A stretch of DNA of 64,000 nucleotides. Origin: Ruminococcaceae bacterium UBA1375 (lineage in GTDB: Bacteria; Bacillota; Clostridia; Oscillospirales; Ruminococcaceae). Position numbers and translations under genes: made by a program. Under the pieces are notes generated by a model that was not told the DNA's origin, ran no database searches, and saw only the letters and a list, made by a program, of their open reading frames with translations. The DNA lies in NCBI GenBank assembly GCA_002305795.1, contig DBRF01000006.1, positions 3,409 to 67,408 of the forward strand. Reading direction: 5' to 3'. This document shows positions 46,023 to 54,909 of this stretch, in pieces (within the stretch, counting starts at the first letter, position 1; every line of letters begins with the position of its first letter).

Positions 46023-46292
46023 AGACTGTAGAAAAAGTAAAGTTTAGGTCCAGCCTTTTAGGAAATAAAATCGAAGATTTTTTTCCGAAGGCATGGTGGG
46101 GGCGAATCCCACGCAGTGGATTCTAGGGGGCAAAGCCCCTGCAATGGAGATTGTTTTATCCAAAAACTCTTTCTTCTGCCTTATTGTTTGAAAAAAGTTG
46201 TGGAAACAACAAATCGGAATCCGCCCGCCCAACGGCGTAGAGCCGAGGGCGGGTCAATGCGGAAACATCCGAACACTTTTTCGACAAGCTGA
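46023..46292 (+). repeat. LE-family mosaic element (copy LE-2) in the 3' region of the hydro-lyase gene
   Basis: It starts AGACTGTAGAAAAAGTAAAGTTTAGGTCCAGCC and ends CTTTTTCGACAAGCTG. It contains the T-arm-like submotif (46085-46123). It is flanked by two copies of the hairpin aaggacgctgggagg(c/t)gtcctt (45999-46020 and 46293-46314). Confidence 0.8.
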
Positions 46293-46537
46293 AAGGACGC
46301 TGGGAGGTGTCCTTTGAGTTTTGTTTGTTTTGATATTGTTGAATATTTGTTTGAAAAGCCCGGTAAACAGTCCGTGGATTGACATGAAATCTCATTTTTT
46401 GTTATAATACCATCATGGCTTTTGCCTACTGGTATTTACCGGGGCAGAAGGATGAAGCCAATCGATCAATGATCTATAACGGTAGCGGTTTGCCCCTTAC
46501 ATCCGTCAAGTGATTTTGCTTGAAGGGAGGGGGTGGT

Positions 46538-46618
46538 ATGACATGGGAAGAATTTTTCATGTTAGTACAGGCGATTTTGTCTGCGATTCTGGTTTATTAT
46601 GCCCGGAAGAACAAGTAA
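46538..46618 (+). CDS. small hydrophobic peptide, putative type I toxin, module D
   Basis: ATG 46538 follows the SD gaaGGGAGGGGGtggt. The 26 codons give MTWEEFFMLVQAILSAILVYYARKNK. Promoter: TTGACA 46379-46384, 18 nt, TATAAT 46403-46408. Confidence 0.7.
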   Translation: MTWEEFFMLVQAILSAILVYYARKNK

Positions 46619-46710
46619 GACAAAATAGAAGTAACCGCTCAATCGGCACTTAGAGCGGTTACTCGATAACATAGACTCTAGGGGCTAGCCGTTTCCGGCT
46701 TCGTCCTTCT
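46618..46710 (-). ncRNA. putative antitoxin sRNA convergent to toxin D
   Basis: Minus promoter TTGACA (46744-46739), 16 nt, TATAAT (46722-46717). The transcript reads AAAAACAGAAGGACGAAGCCGGAAACGGCTAGCCCCTAGAG.. and ends at hairpin 46631-46662 plus ttctattttg. Confidence 0.5.
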
Positions 46711-46912
46711 GTTTTTATTATACCCATTTTTCCGCATTTGTCAAGGCCGGCTTTTGTCCGGGGAAATCTTAAAATTGCCTTTTTATCCTTGTAAAAGTTC
46801 CCCCAAACCATCTTGCAAAATTTTCCCCTATGCCTTACAATAAGGGTATCATTTGGGGAAGGGGCGCATAGGTAAGCTACCTCTTCCTGCATAACAGGAG
46901 GGAAATCCCGGT

Positions 46913-47791
46913 ATGTCCACCGATTTATTGGGAGAATTAAAACAACGCTACAACCAGTTTTCCAAAAGTCAGCGCCGCATCGCTGACTACATTTTGGAGC
47001 ATTACAGCAAAGCCGCCTACCTCACCGCTGCCCGGCTGGGGCAGCAGGCCCAGGTCAGCGAATCCACCGTGGTACGGTTCGCCTTTGAGCTGGGGTTTGA
47101 CGGCTACCCTGCGCTCCAGGCCGCTTTGCAGGAGACGGTGCGCAGCAAGCTCACCAGCCTCCAGCGGATGGAGGTGGCGGGGGACCGGCAGGAAGAAGGG
47201 GAACCGGTGCTGGACCAGGTGCTGAATAAGGACGTGGAGCAGATTTACCGCACCCTGGAACAGACCGACCGGGCCGCCTTTGCCGGGGCGGTGGAGTCCA
47301 TCCACCAGGCCAAAACCGTCTACCTGCTGGCCAGCGGCAGCGCCGCTTTTCTGGCCGGGTTTCTCAACTTCTACTTCCGGCTGGTGCTGCCCAACGTGCG
47401 CCTGATTCAAAGCGCCTCCGCCTCGGAGCTGTTTGAGCAAATCCTCCGGGTGGGGAAGGGGGACATTGTCATCGGCATTTCCTTCCCCCGGTACTCCAAA
47501 AAGACGGTAAACGCTCTGCGCTACGCCCGGAAAAACGGCGCTCAGGTGGTGGCCATCACCGACAGCGAGTTTTCTCCCCTGGCGGCCCAGGCGGACTACC
47601 TGCTTTTGGCCCGCAGCGACATGGTGTCCTTTGCGGACAGCCTGGTGGCGCCCCTGAGTTTGATCAACGCCCTGATTGCGGCGGTGGGACAACGCCGGCA
47701 GGAGGAGACCCGCCGGGTGTTCGACCGGCTGGAGGAAATCTGGGCGGAGTACGACGTCTACGCCAAGGCGGAGGAAGCAGATGGAATATGA
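46913..47791 (+). CDS. MurR/RpiR family transcriptional regulator (HTH + SIS domain)
   Basis: 292 aa with an N-terminal HTH_6 block (SKSQRRIADYILEH..AARLGQQAQVSESTVVRF) and a C-terminal SIS domain. Confidence 0.85.
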   Translation: MSTDLLGELKQRYNQFSKSQRRIADYILEHYSKAAYLTAARLGQQAQVSESTVVRFAFELGFDGYPALQAALQETVRSKLTSLQRMEVAGDRQEEGEPVLDQVLNKDVEQIYRTLEQTDRAAFAGAVESIHQAKTVYLLASGSAAFLAGFLNFYFRLVLPNVRLIQSASASELFEQILRVGKGDIVIGISFPRYSKKTVNALRYARKNGAQVVAITDSEFSPLAAQADYLLLARSDMVSFADSLVAPLSLINALIAAVGQRRQEETRRVFDRLEEIWAEYDVYAKAEEADGI

Positions 47792-49034
47792 TGTGATTGT
47801 GGTGGGGGCAGGCCCGGCGGGGATGCTGGCCGCCGCCACCGCCGCCCGGTACGGCAGGCAGGTGCTGCTGTTGGAGCACAAGGACCGCCCCGGCCGGAAG
47901 CTGGGAATCACCGGCAAAGGGCGGTGCAACCTCACCAACCACTGCGGCATGGACCAGATTGTGGCCGCCTTTCCCCGGGGAGGACGGTTCCTTTACAGCG
48001 CCCTTAGCCGGTTTACTCCCGAAGATGTGATGGAGCTGCTGGAAGGGCTGGGAGTGCCTCTGAAAACCGAACGGGGCAACCGGGTCTTCCCCCAAAGCGA
48101 CAAAGCCAGGGATGTGGTGGACGCTTTAGTGAGCTACGTCAAGGACAGCGGGGTGAAGCTGCTCTGCGGCGCCCACGTCCACAAACTGCTGCTGGAAAAC
48201 GGGGCGGTCACCGGAGTGGCGTGCCGCACCCAGCAGGGGGAGGAGACCTTTCTCGCTCCCAAGGTGCTGCTGGCCGGGGGAGGGCTTTCCTATCCCGGCA
48301 CCGGCAGCGATGGCAGCTGTTACACCTTAGCCAAACAGGCGGGCCACGCCATTACCCCGCCGGTGGCCAGCCTGGTACCCATTGTCACCGTGGAGGACTG
48401 GCCCAAACAGGCCCAGGGATTGAGCTTAAAAAACGTCTCCCTCACCGTCACCGATAAAACTACCGGAAAACAGGTCTTTGCCAAACAAGGGGAGATGCTG
48501 TTCACCCACTTTGGGGTGTCCGGGCCATTGGTGCTGTCCGCCTCGGTGTGGATGCGGCCCATGGAGCCGGGACGGTACGCCCTTTCCATCGACCTGAAGC
48601 CCGCCCTGACCCCGGAGCAGCTGGATGTAAGGCTGGTGCGGGACTTTGAGGAAAATTCCAACCGGGACTTCTGCAACGCCCTGGACGGCCTGCTGCCCAA
48701 AAAGCTCATCGACCCGGTGGTGGCCCTCTCCGGCATCCCGGCCCACCAAAAGGTGAACGCTCTCACCAAGGTTCAGCGGCAGGAGCTGGGCAGGCTGCTC
48801 AAGCACCTGACCCTTACCGCCAAGGAGTTCCGACCCATTGCGGAAGCCATCGTCACCGGGGGCGGGGTGTCCTTAAAGGAAGTCTCCCCCAAAACCATGG
48901 AAAGCAAGCAGACCAAGGGGCTGTACTTTGCCGGGGAGCTGCTGGACGTGGACGGCTACACTGGGGGCTTTCACCTGCAAATGGCCTTTTCCACCGGCTA
49001 TGCCGCCGGGGAAGCCATGGGAAGCTGGGGGTGA
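47781..49034 (+). CDS. NAD(P)/FAD-dependent oxidoreductase (BaiN / HI0933-like flavoprotein)
   Basis: 417 aa from ATG 47781 (the ORF opens at 47676). Motifs: DVIVVGAGPAGM and the C-terminal GLYFAGELLDVDGYTGGF. It overlaps the upstream stop by 11 nt. Confidence 0.85.
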   Translation: MEYDVIVVGAGPAGMLAAATAARYGRQVLLLEHKDRPGRKLGITGKGRCNLTNHCGMDQIVAAFPRGGRFLYSALSRFTPEDVMELLEGLGVPLKTERGNRVFPQSDKARDVVDALVSYVKDSGVKLLCGAHVHKLLLENGAVTGVACRTQQGEETFLAPKVLLAGGGLSYPGTGSDGSCYTLAKQAGHAITPPVASLVPIVTVEDWPKQAQGLSLKNVSLTVTDKTTGKQVFAKQGEMLFTHFGVSGPLVLSASVWMRPMEPGRYALSIDLKPALTPEQLDVRLVRDFEENSNRDFCNALDGLLPKKLIDPVVALSGIPAHQKVNALTKVQRQELGRLLKHLTLTAKEFRPIAEAIVTGGGVSLKEVSPKTMESKQTKGLYFAGELLDVDGYTGGFHLQMAFSTGYAAGEAMGSWG

Positions 49035-49095
49035 GCATCGGGTGCAAGGTATGAGACAATGGATGAGGCTGTAAGACCGAAAGGAGAACGATAAT

Positions 49096-49491
49096 ATGAA
49101 ACGTTATTTGAATGCGGCTTGGTTTGCGTTGGTGCTGGTTTTGCTGGGAATTACCTGGCTGCTGCCGGAGGAATTGCTCTGGCTGGCGGTGAAAACGGTG
49201 CTGCTGGTGCTGGTGATTGTGCTGCTGGTTTGGCGGATCGTCGCCGGTCGGAATCGCCGAGTTCGGCAGGAGCAGCCGACGCCCCGGGTGTACACCTGGC
49301 AGTATAAGCTCTACCGGGTGCTGTCTATTTTGTCGGCGATACTCTACCTGGTGGGCGGGCTGATTACCATTGTCTCCGGTTTCCTGTTCCTGAACGCCGG
49401 CTGGTGCATTTGGCTGTTTGCAGCGGGACTGGTGCTGGGCGTGTTCTCTCTGGTGCTGTCTGTCTGGGACGAAACCATTGATCCGGCGTAA
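49096..49491 (+). CDS. small integral membrane protein (4 predicted TM), unknown function
   Basis: 131 aa with SD aAAGGAGaacgataat. It is strongly hydrophobic and has a layout similar to the next gene. Confidence 0.6.
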   Translation: MKRYLNAAWFALVLVLLGITWLLPEELLWLAVKTVLLVLVIVLLVWRIVAGRNRRVRQEQPTPRVYTWQYKLYRVLSILSAILYLVGGLITIVSGFLFLNAGWCIWLFAAGLVLGVFSLVLSVWDETIDPA

Positions 49492-49508
49492 CAAGAAGGA
49501 GCTGCAAT

Positions 49509-49889
49509 ATGAAAAAACACTTTAATGAAGATTTGTATTATCCCCTAGTCACCTTGCTCATGGGGGTGGTGCGGCTGCTGCCGGATTCCGGCACCTGGTG
49601 GTGGGTGGTGGAACTGGTGGTGGACCTGGCCCTGCTGCTGATGGTGGGGCTGAGCTTGTTTTTGCTGCTGAAGAAGCGGGAAGAGCCCTTCCACACCAAG
49701 CCCGCTGCCTTTGTGCTGATTTCCTTAGCCCTTTTGGATTACAGCGTCTTTACCGTGCTGCAAATTGCCGGGGTAGAAACCGAAAACTGGAACACCGTAG
49801 GGGCCATTGCCGGAATGGTGCTGGGAGCCGTCTCCCTGGTGCTGACCATCGTTTATCTGGCTCAGAAAAAGTCCGGGCAGTCCAAATAA
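49509..49889 (+). CDS. small integral membrane protein (4 predicted TM), unknown function
   Basis: 126 aa with SD AAGGAGctgcaat. It shares RLLPD/LLPEE..W and G.VSLVL motifs with 49096..49491. Confidence 0.6.
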   Translation: MKKHFNEDLYYPLVTLLMGVVRLLPDSGTWWWVVELVVDLALLLMVGLSLFLLLKKREEPFHTKPAAFVLISLALLDYSVFTVLQIAGVETENWNTVGAIAGMVLGAVSLVLTIVYLAQKKSGQSK

Positions 49890-49902
49890 AAGGGGAACAC
49901 CC

Positions 49903-50127
49903 ATGAGCAACTGGGAAAGCTACTGCACCTGTACCGATTTGGCCTGTCCCTGTCACCCCTCCCGGCACCAGCTGGGCTGCACTCCTTGTGTGCGGAAAAA
50001 CTTAAAGCAGGGGGAGATCCCTTCCTGCTTTTTCAAGAAGGTGGACGATACCGGCAAGCCGGAAGCCTATTTCTTTGAAAACTTTGCCGATTGGGTGAAG
50101 GAGCATGGGGAAAAAGGCCGGGGTTGA
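49903..50127 (+). CDS. small cysteine-rich protein (7 Cys, 2 His in the first 45 aa), unknown function
   Basis: 74 aa: MSNWESYCTCTDLACPCHPSRHQLGCTPCVRKNLKQGEIPSCFF... The CxC-x4-CxC...GCxxC...C pattern resembles small DUF-type metal-binding proteins of Clostridia (recalled, uncertain). Confidence 0.55.
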   Translation: MSNWESYCTCTDLACPCHPSRHQLGCTPCVRKNLKQGEIPSCFFKKVDDTGKPEAYFFENFADWVKEHGEKGRG

Positions 50128-50238
50128 CAAATCCGCCAAAACCCGGTATTCTAGAATCACAAATCAGACAGCCGCCTTTTTTGCATCCAGCGGCTGTTTT
50201 CTTTTTCTGCCAATCTTATCAACGGAAGGTGAAACCCC

Positions 50239-50904
50239 ATGCGTATGCGCAACAAACCCTGGGCCAAAGGGGAGCTGGAGGCCTGCCCCTACTACCTGGC
50301 CGACCCCTTTCCAATCCGGGAACACCTGCACTCCCTCTTCCCCAAATCCCAGCCGGTACACCTGGAGCTGGGCTGCGGCAAGGGGGTGTTTCTGGCCAGC
50401 TTGGCGGTGGAACACCCACAAATCAACTATCTGGGCATCGACATCAAAAGTCTGGTGCTGGCCAGCGCCATCCGCAACATCAACGCCGCCTATGAAAAGG
50501 CAGACCGCCCGGTGGACAATGTGCTGCTGACCCCCTACGACATCAGCCGCATCACCAACATTCTTTCCCCCGCCGATACCGTGGAGCGGATTTACATCAA
50601 TTTCTGCAACCCCTGGGACCATCCCAAACAGTTCAAAAAGCGGCTGACCCACCCCCGGCAGCTGGCTCAGTACGCCACCTTTTTCCCCAAGGGGGAAATC
50701 TGGTTTAAGACCGACGACACCATGCTGTTTGAACACAGCCTGCGCTACTTTGAAGAAGCGGGGTATACCTTAAAAGCGGTGGAGCGGGATTTGTACCACT
50801 CCCCCTGGCTGGCCCAGAACCACCCCACCGAACACGAACTGCGGTTTGTGGAGCAGGGGCTGCCCATTTACTTCTGCATCGCCACGAAAGGTCAGCAAGG
50901 CTGA
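50239..50904 (+). CDS. trmB: tRNA (guanine(46)-N7)-methyltransferase
   Basis: 221 aa with MRMRNKPWA, the SAM motif LELGCGKGVFL and FCNPWDHPKQFKKRL. Confidence 0.92.
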   Translation: MRMRNKPWAKGELEACPYYLADPFPIREHLHSLFPKSQPVHLELGCGKGVFLASLAVEHPQINYLGIDIKSLVLASAIRNINAAYEKADRPVDNVLLTPYDISRITNILSPADTVERIYINFCNPWDHPKQFKKRLTHPRQLAQYATFFPKGEIWFKTDDTMLFEHSLRYFEEAGYTLKAVERDLYHSPWLAQNHPTEHELRFVEQGLPIYFCIATKGQQG

Positions 50905-50971
50905 CCTTTCTCATCCAAACCGCCTTTTCCGAAGGGAACGAAGGTTTTTCACAAACCAGACAAAAAGCAAA

Positions 50972-51009
50972 GACCTGCCCCGGCGTTTGTGCCGGACAGG
51001 TCCTTTTTG
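50972..51009. terminator. bidirectional terminator between trmB (+) and the 79-aa membrane protein gene (-)
   Basis: gacctgccccggc / gccggacaggtc stem with T-runs on both strands. Confidence 0.7.
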
Positions 51010-51011
51010 CG

Positions 51012-51251
51012 TTACTTGCCGTTGGGGGCAGGCTGGGACGGGGTGACGCCTTCTAAGCCGGACTGTTTGGCGGCTTGCTTTTTGGCCTTGTCCGGGGAGG
51101 GGATGACAATGGCGCTGATTAACGCAGCCACCGCTACGACCAGTCCCCCGCCCAGTACCGGGGTGCGGGCGGCGGTGGGTACCAGAAACCAGCCGGTGAG
51201 CATCACCAGCACCGCTGCCGCCAGCAATAGGTAGGTGAGATATTTTTTCAT
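51012..51251 (-). CDS. small membrane protein (2 TM) with Lys-rich C-terminal tail
   Basis: 79 aa with SD aGGAGaatcccc. Promoter TTGACC-17-TATAAT lies on the minus strand at about 51338-51310. Confidence 0.6.
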   Translation of the reverse strand: MKKYLTYLLLAAAVLVMLTGWFLVPTAARTPVLGGGLVVAVAALISAIVIPSPDKAKKQAAKQSGLEGVTPSQPAPNGK

Positions 51252-51677
51252 GGGGATTCTCCTCGTTTCATGGCTGCCGGGAACAGGGCCTTCCCGAACA
51301 TTCTGAAGGCATTATAACATTTTTTTGCTTTTTGGTCAAGAATGAGAGGATTGACTTGAAAAAATATCGTAGGAAATAATTCGACAAAAACCACTGAATT
51401 ATGTTGCTGTTGGAGACGGCCGGATTTGCGGAAAAAAGAACGGAAAGCCGTTTTTTCTCACAGCTTGTTTTCTTTGCAATTTGGCTGAGAAAGGCGTTCT
51501 CCCTTCCCAGCCGGTTGCCGAAACCGTTCTTCTGTGATACAATGGTTGCCAAGGGCAACCATTGCGGTTCCCGCTTTGCTGCCCAAAAAGCAGGTGCGGC
51601 AGTTCGCCGGAGGGCAACCCCTATCCTGTTGCCGCAACATCACAAAAGCACATTTTACCCAAAAAGGGGCGTTTTTT

Positions 51678-52622
51678 ATGATTACCATTCTGCTGGCCTG
51701 TTATAACGGCAAGGAGTACCTTCCCGCCCAGCTGGATTCCATTCTGGCCCAAAACACTCAGGCAGCCTTTTCGGTGCTGATCCGGGACGACGGCTCCACC
51801 GACGGCAGCTGGGAGGTGCTGGAGGACTACGCAGGCCGGTACCCGGAGCGGATTACCCTGCTGCCCAAAACCCAGCCTACCGGCAGCGCCAAGGGCAACT
51901 TTTTCGCCCTGCTGGACGCCGTGGGGGAGAAGGGACTCTGCCGGCCGGGAGACTATCTCATGTTTTCCGACCAGGACGACGTGTGGCTGCCGGACAAGGT
52001 GGAGCGCACCCTGGCCTTGATGGAGCAGACCCAAGGGAGCCCCGCCGTCCCCGCTTTGGTCCACGGCAACTTGAAGGTGGTAGACAAGGATTTGAAGGTA
52101 TTAAACCCCTCCTTCTTCGCCTTCCAGGGCATCAGCCCGGAAAGGTGCAGTCTCACCAACCTGCTGGTGCAAAACTGCATCACCGGCTGCACCATGATGA
52201 TCAACCAGCCCCTGTTTGCCCTGGCGGACAAAACCCCGCCTGAGTGCGCTATGCACGACTGGTGGCTGGGGCTGCTGGCGGCCTGTTTCGGAAAGATTGG
52301 ATACACTATAGAGCCGCTGATGCTCTACCGCCAGCACGGGGACAACTCCGTGGGGGCCAAGGACATCCGGGACCTGTCCTTTTACACCCACAAGCTCTCC
52401 CAAAAGGAGCAGATTCAGAAGAATTACCGGGAAATGTTCGCCCAGGCGGAGTTTCTCTGCCGGGAATATGAGGACAAGCTCAGCGATCAGCAGAAGGAGA
52501 TCCTTCAGGCCTGGTACACCATCCCCAAGCTGGGGCGGTTTGGGAAAGCCCGGCGAATTCTCCAGTACGGCTTTACCAAAAACACCTGGCTGCGCACCCT
52601 GGGGCAGTTTTTCAGCATCTGA
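51678..52622 (+). CDS. family 2 glycosyltransferase
   Basis: 314 aa from ATG 51678 (the ORF opens at 51534). Motifs: ITILLACYNGKEYLPAQLDSILAQ, RDDGSTDGS and the DxD motif SDQDDVW. Confidence 0.85.
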   Translation: MITILLACYNGKEYLPAQLDSILAQNTQAAFSVLIRDDGSTDGSWEVLEDYAGRYPERITLLPKTQPTGSAKGNFFALLDAVGEKGLCRPGDYLMFSDQDDVWLPDKVERTLALMEQTQGSPAVPALVHGNLKVVDKDLKVLNPSFFAFQGISPERCSLTNLLVQNCITGCTMMINQPLFALADKTPPECAMHDWWLGLLAACFGKIGYTIEPLMLYRQHGDNSVGAKDIRDLSFYTHKLSQKEQIQKNYREMFAQAEFLCREYEDKLSDQQKEILQAWYTIPKLGRFGKARRILQYGFTKNTWLRTLGQFFSI

Positions 52623-52842
52623 CCCACAGGCGGCGTTTTTTCCCGATTTTCTGCTTTTTCGTTCGCTCTCTCACCGGGAGGAGGAAATCTCTCTCTGTTT
52701 TCCACACCCGGCTTTGTCTCTGCCCGAAGAAATCTGGTAAAATCAGAAAACTTGTCCTTTCAGCAGTACCATAATTGGGGAAAATCCGGTATACTTTTCA
52801 TAATACCACCACCTATCTCATCCTATTTAAGGAGGTCACACC

Positions 52843-54672
52843 ATGTGCGGTTTTGTTGGCTTTGCCGACCACATTCACAATAAACGGGACGTTCTCACCA
52901 ACATGATGAACGCCATCATCCACCGTGGCCCGGACAGCGCAGGCACCTATATCGACGACCAGGTTGCCCTTGGCTTCCGGCGGCTTTCCATCATCGACTT
53001 GGGGGGCGGCGACCAGCCCCTGTACAACGAGGACAACTCCATCGTCCTGGTGTTCAACGGAGAGATCTACAACTACCAGGAACTGCGCCCGGATCTGATT
53101 GAGCAGGGCCACCGGTTCCGCACCGAAAGCGACTCGGAAGTGCTGATCCACCTCTACGAGCAGTACGGCACCGATATGCTCAACAAGCTGCGGGGAATGT
53201 TCGCCTTTGTGCTGTGGGACCAGAACAAGGAACTGCTGTTTATGGCTCACGACTACTTCGGCATCAAGCCGCTGTACTACGCCCAGATGGGAAACAGCTT
53301 CCTGTTTGCCAGCGAAATCAAGGCCTTTCTGCACCACCCCAACTTCAAGAAGGAATTGAACCTCCCCATTTTGGAGCAGTACCTCTCCTTCCAGTATTCT
53401 CCCTGCGAAGAGACCTTCTTTAAGAATGTGTACAAACTTCCCCCCGCCCACTACCTCACCTGCTACAAAGGCAAGATTGAAGTGAAGCGGTACTGGGAGC
53501 CCAAATTCCAGGGCGACAACAGCAAGAATCTGGATCAGTGGGTGGAGGAAATCACCAAGGTGATGAAGGACTCCATTGCCCACCACAAAATCGCCGACGT
53601 GGAGGTAGGCTCCTTCCTGTCCAGCGGGGTGGACTCCTCCTATGTGGCCTGCCTGGCCAAGGTGGACAAAACCTTTACCGTGGGCTTCGGGGAGGATGAG
53701 CGGTACAACGAAATCGGCTGGGCCAAAGAGTTTAGCCAATACATCAACGTCCAGAACATCAACCACATCATCACCCCCGACGAATACTGGGACAATCTGG
53801 GCAAAATCCAGTACCACATGGACGAGCCTTTGGCGGACCCGGCGGCGGTGGCCCTGTACTTCGTCAGCCGGGAAGCGGCCAAGCATGTGAAGGTGGCCCT
53901 GTCCGGGGAAGGGGCGGACGAGTTCTTCGGTGGCTACAACATCTACCGGGAACCCCTGGAACACCGTGGCTTTGACATCATCCCCCTGCCCATCCGCCGG
54001 GCTTTGGGCTGGGCGGCGGATCGCCTGCCCCATGTCCGGGGATTGAACTTCATCATCCGCCACTCCAAACCCCTCCAGGAGCGGTACATCGGCAACGCCT
54101 TTATCTTTGACGAGGTGGAAAAGAAGAAGCTGCTCAAGCGCCGGGTGGCCACCTTCGGCACCCAGGACATCACCCGTCCTTTCTTCGACAAAGTTCAGGA
54201 CAAGGACCCGGTGACTCAGATGCAGTATCTGGACATTCACCTTTGGATGGCCTACGACATCCTGCTGAAAGCGGATAAAATGAGCATGGCCAACTCCCTG
54301 GAAGTCCGGGTGCCCTTCCTGGATCGGAAGGTGCTGGAGCTGGCCCAGACCATCCCTCAGCGCTACCGGGTGCAGGGCACCACCACCAAGCTGGCTATGC
54401 GGAAAGCCGCCGAGCAGGTGATTCCCCAGAAAACCGCCGACAAGAAGAAGCTGGGCTTCCCGGTGCCCATCCGGGTATGGCTGAAGCAGGACAAATACTA
54501 CAACCTGGTAAAGGGGTACTTCACCTCCGCCACCGCCAGCGAGTTTTTCAACAGCGAATATCTGGTGCAGCTGTTGGACCAGCACCGTGCCGGCAGCTTC
54601 GACAACAGCCGGAAAATCTGGACGGTGTTTATGTTCCTGAAGTGGTATGAGGAGTTCTTTATTAAGCGGTAA
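52843..54672 (+). CDS. asnB: asparagine synthase (glutamine-hydrolysing)
   Basis: 609 aa with the N-terminal nucleophile MCGF and the PP-loop SFLSSGVDSS. Confidence 0.93.
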   Translation: MCGFVGFADHIHNKRDVLTNMMNAIIHRGPDSAGTYIDDQVALGFRRLSIIDLGGGDQPLYNEDNSIVLVFNGEIYNYQELRPDLIEQGHRFRTESDSEVLIHLYEQYGTDMLNKLRGMFAFVLWDQNKELLFMAHDYFGIKPLYYAQMGNSFLFASEIKAFLHHPNFKKELNLPILEQYLSFQYSPCEETFFKNVYKLPPAHYLTCYKGKIEVKRYWEPKFQGDNSKNLDQWVEEITKVMKDSIAHHKIADVEVGSFLSSGVDSSYVACLAKVDKTFTVGFGEDERYNEIGWAKEFSQYINVQNINHIITPDEYWDNLGKIQYHMDEPLADPAAVALYFVSREAAKHVKVALSGEGADEFFGGYNIYREPLEHRGFDIIPLPIRRALGWAADRLPHVRGLNFIIRHSKPLQERYIGNAFIFDEVEKKKLLKRRVATFGTQDITRPFFDKVQDKDPVTQMQYLDIHLWMAYDILLKADKMSMANSLEVRVPFLDRKVLELAQTIPQRYRVQGTTTKLAMRKAAEQVIPQKTADKKKLGFPVPIRVWLKQDKYYNLVKGYFTSATASEFFNSEYLVQLLDQHRAGSFDNSRKIWTVFMFLKWYEEFFIKR

Positions 54673-54739
54673 CTTCCTCTTTCCTGCTTTTACTTTCGGT
54701 ATCCTTGACAAAACAGCAGAAAAAGGATATAATAAAAGA

Positions 54740-54823
54740 AAAGGACGAAACCGGAAACGGTTGGCCCTTGGAAACAGTTTTTAAGTAACCGCTTCTGTGG
54801 CTGGGAGCGGTTACTTCTTTTTA
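54740..54823 (+). ncRNA. putative antitoxin sRNA convergent to toxin E
   Basis: Promoter TTGACA 54705-54710, 17 nt, TATAAT 54728-54733. The transcript reads AAAAGAAAAGGACGAAACCGGAAACGGTTGGCCCTTGGAAAC.. and ends at hairpin 54783-54816 (aagtaaccgc...gcggttactt) plus cttttt. Confidence 0.5.
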
Positions 54824-54909
54824 TGAGTTAGAATTTCGTAGAGAAATTTTGCAATGGATACAACTACTGCCAACAGGGCAATCAGATGCTCCCATGTAAA
54901 AGGTCCCAA
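54811..54909 (-). CDS. small hydrophobic peptide, putative type I toxin, module E (divergent)
   Basis: TTG at 54909 follows the SD gaaaGGGGGAAGaaaa. The 32 codons give (M)GPFTWEHLIALLAVVVSIAKFLYEILTHKKK. Minus promoter: TTGACA (55122-55117), 17 nt, TACAAT (55099-55094). Confidence 0.55.
   Translation of the reverse strand: MGPFTWEHLIALLAVVVSIAKFLYEILTHKKK

Noticed and set aside
46085-46123. T-arm-like sequences (also 31823-31860, 62013-62051, 24883-24933) considered as tRNA genes or tRNA pseudogenes.
   Set aside because: Only a T-stem/loop mimic is present. No acceptor stem, D arm, anticodon arm or CCA context can be drawn from the flanks.
51401-51706. A 101-aa ORF upstream of and overlapping the GT2 gene start.
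   Set aside because: It has no SD, crosses a terminator-like hairpin and the GT2 promoter, and its translation is featureless.
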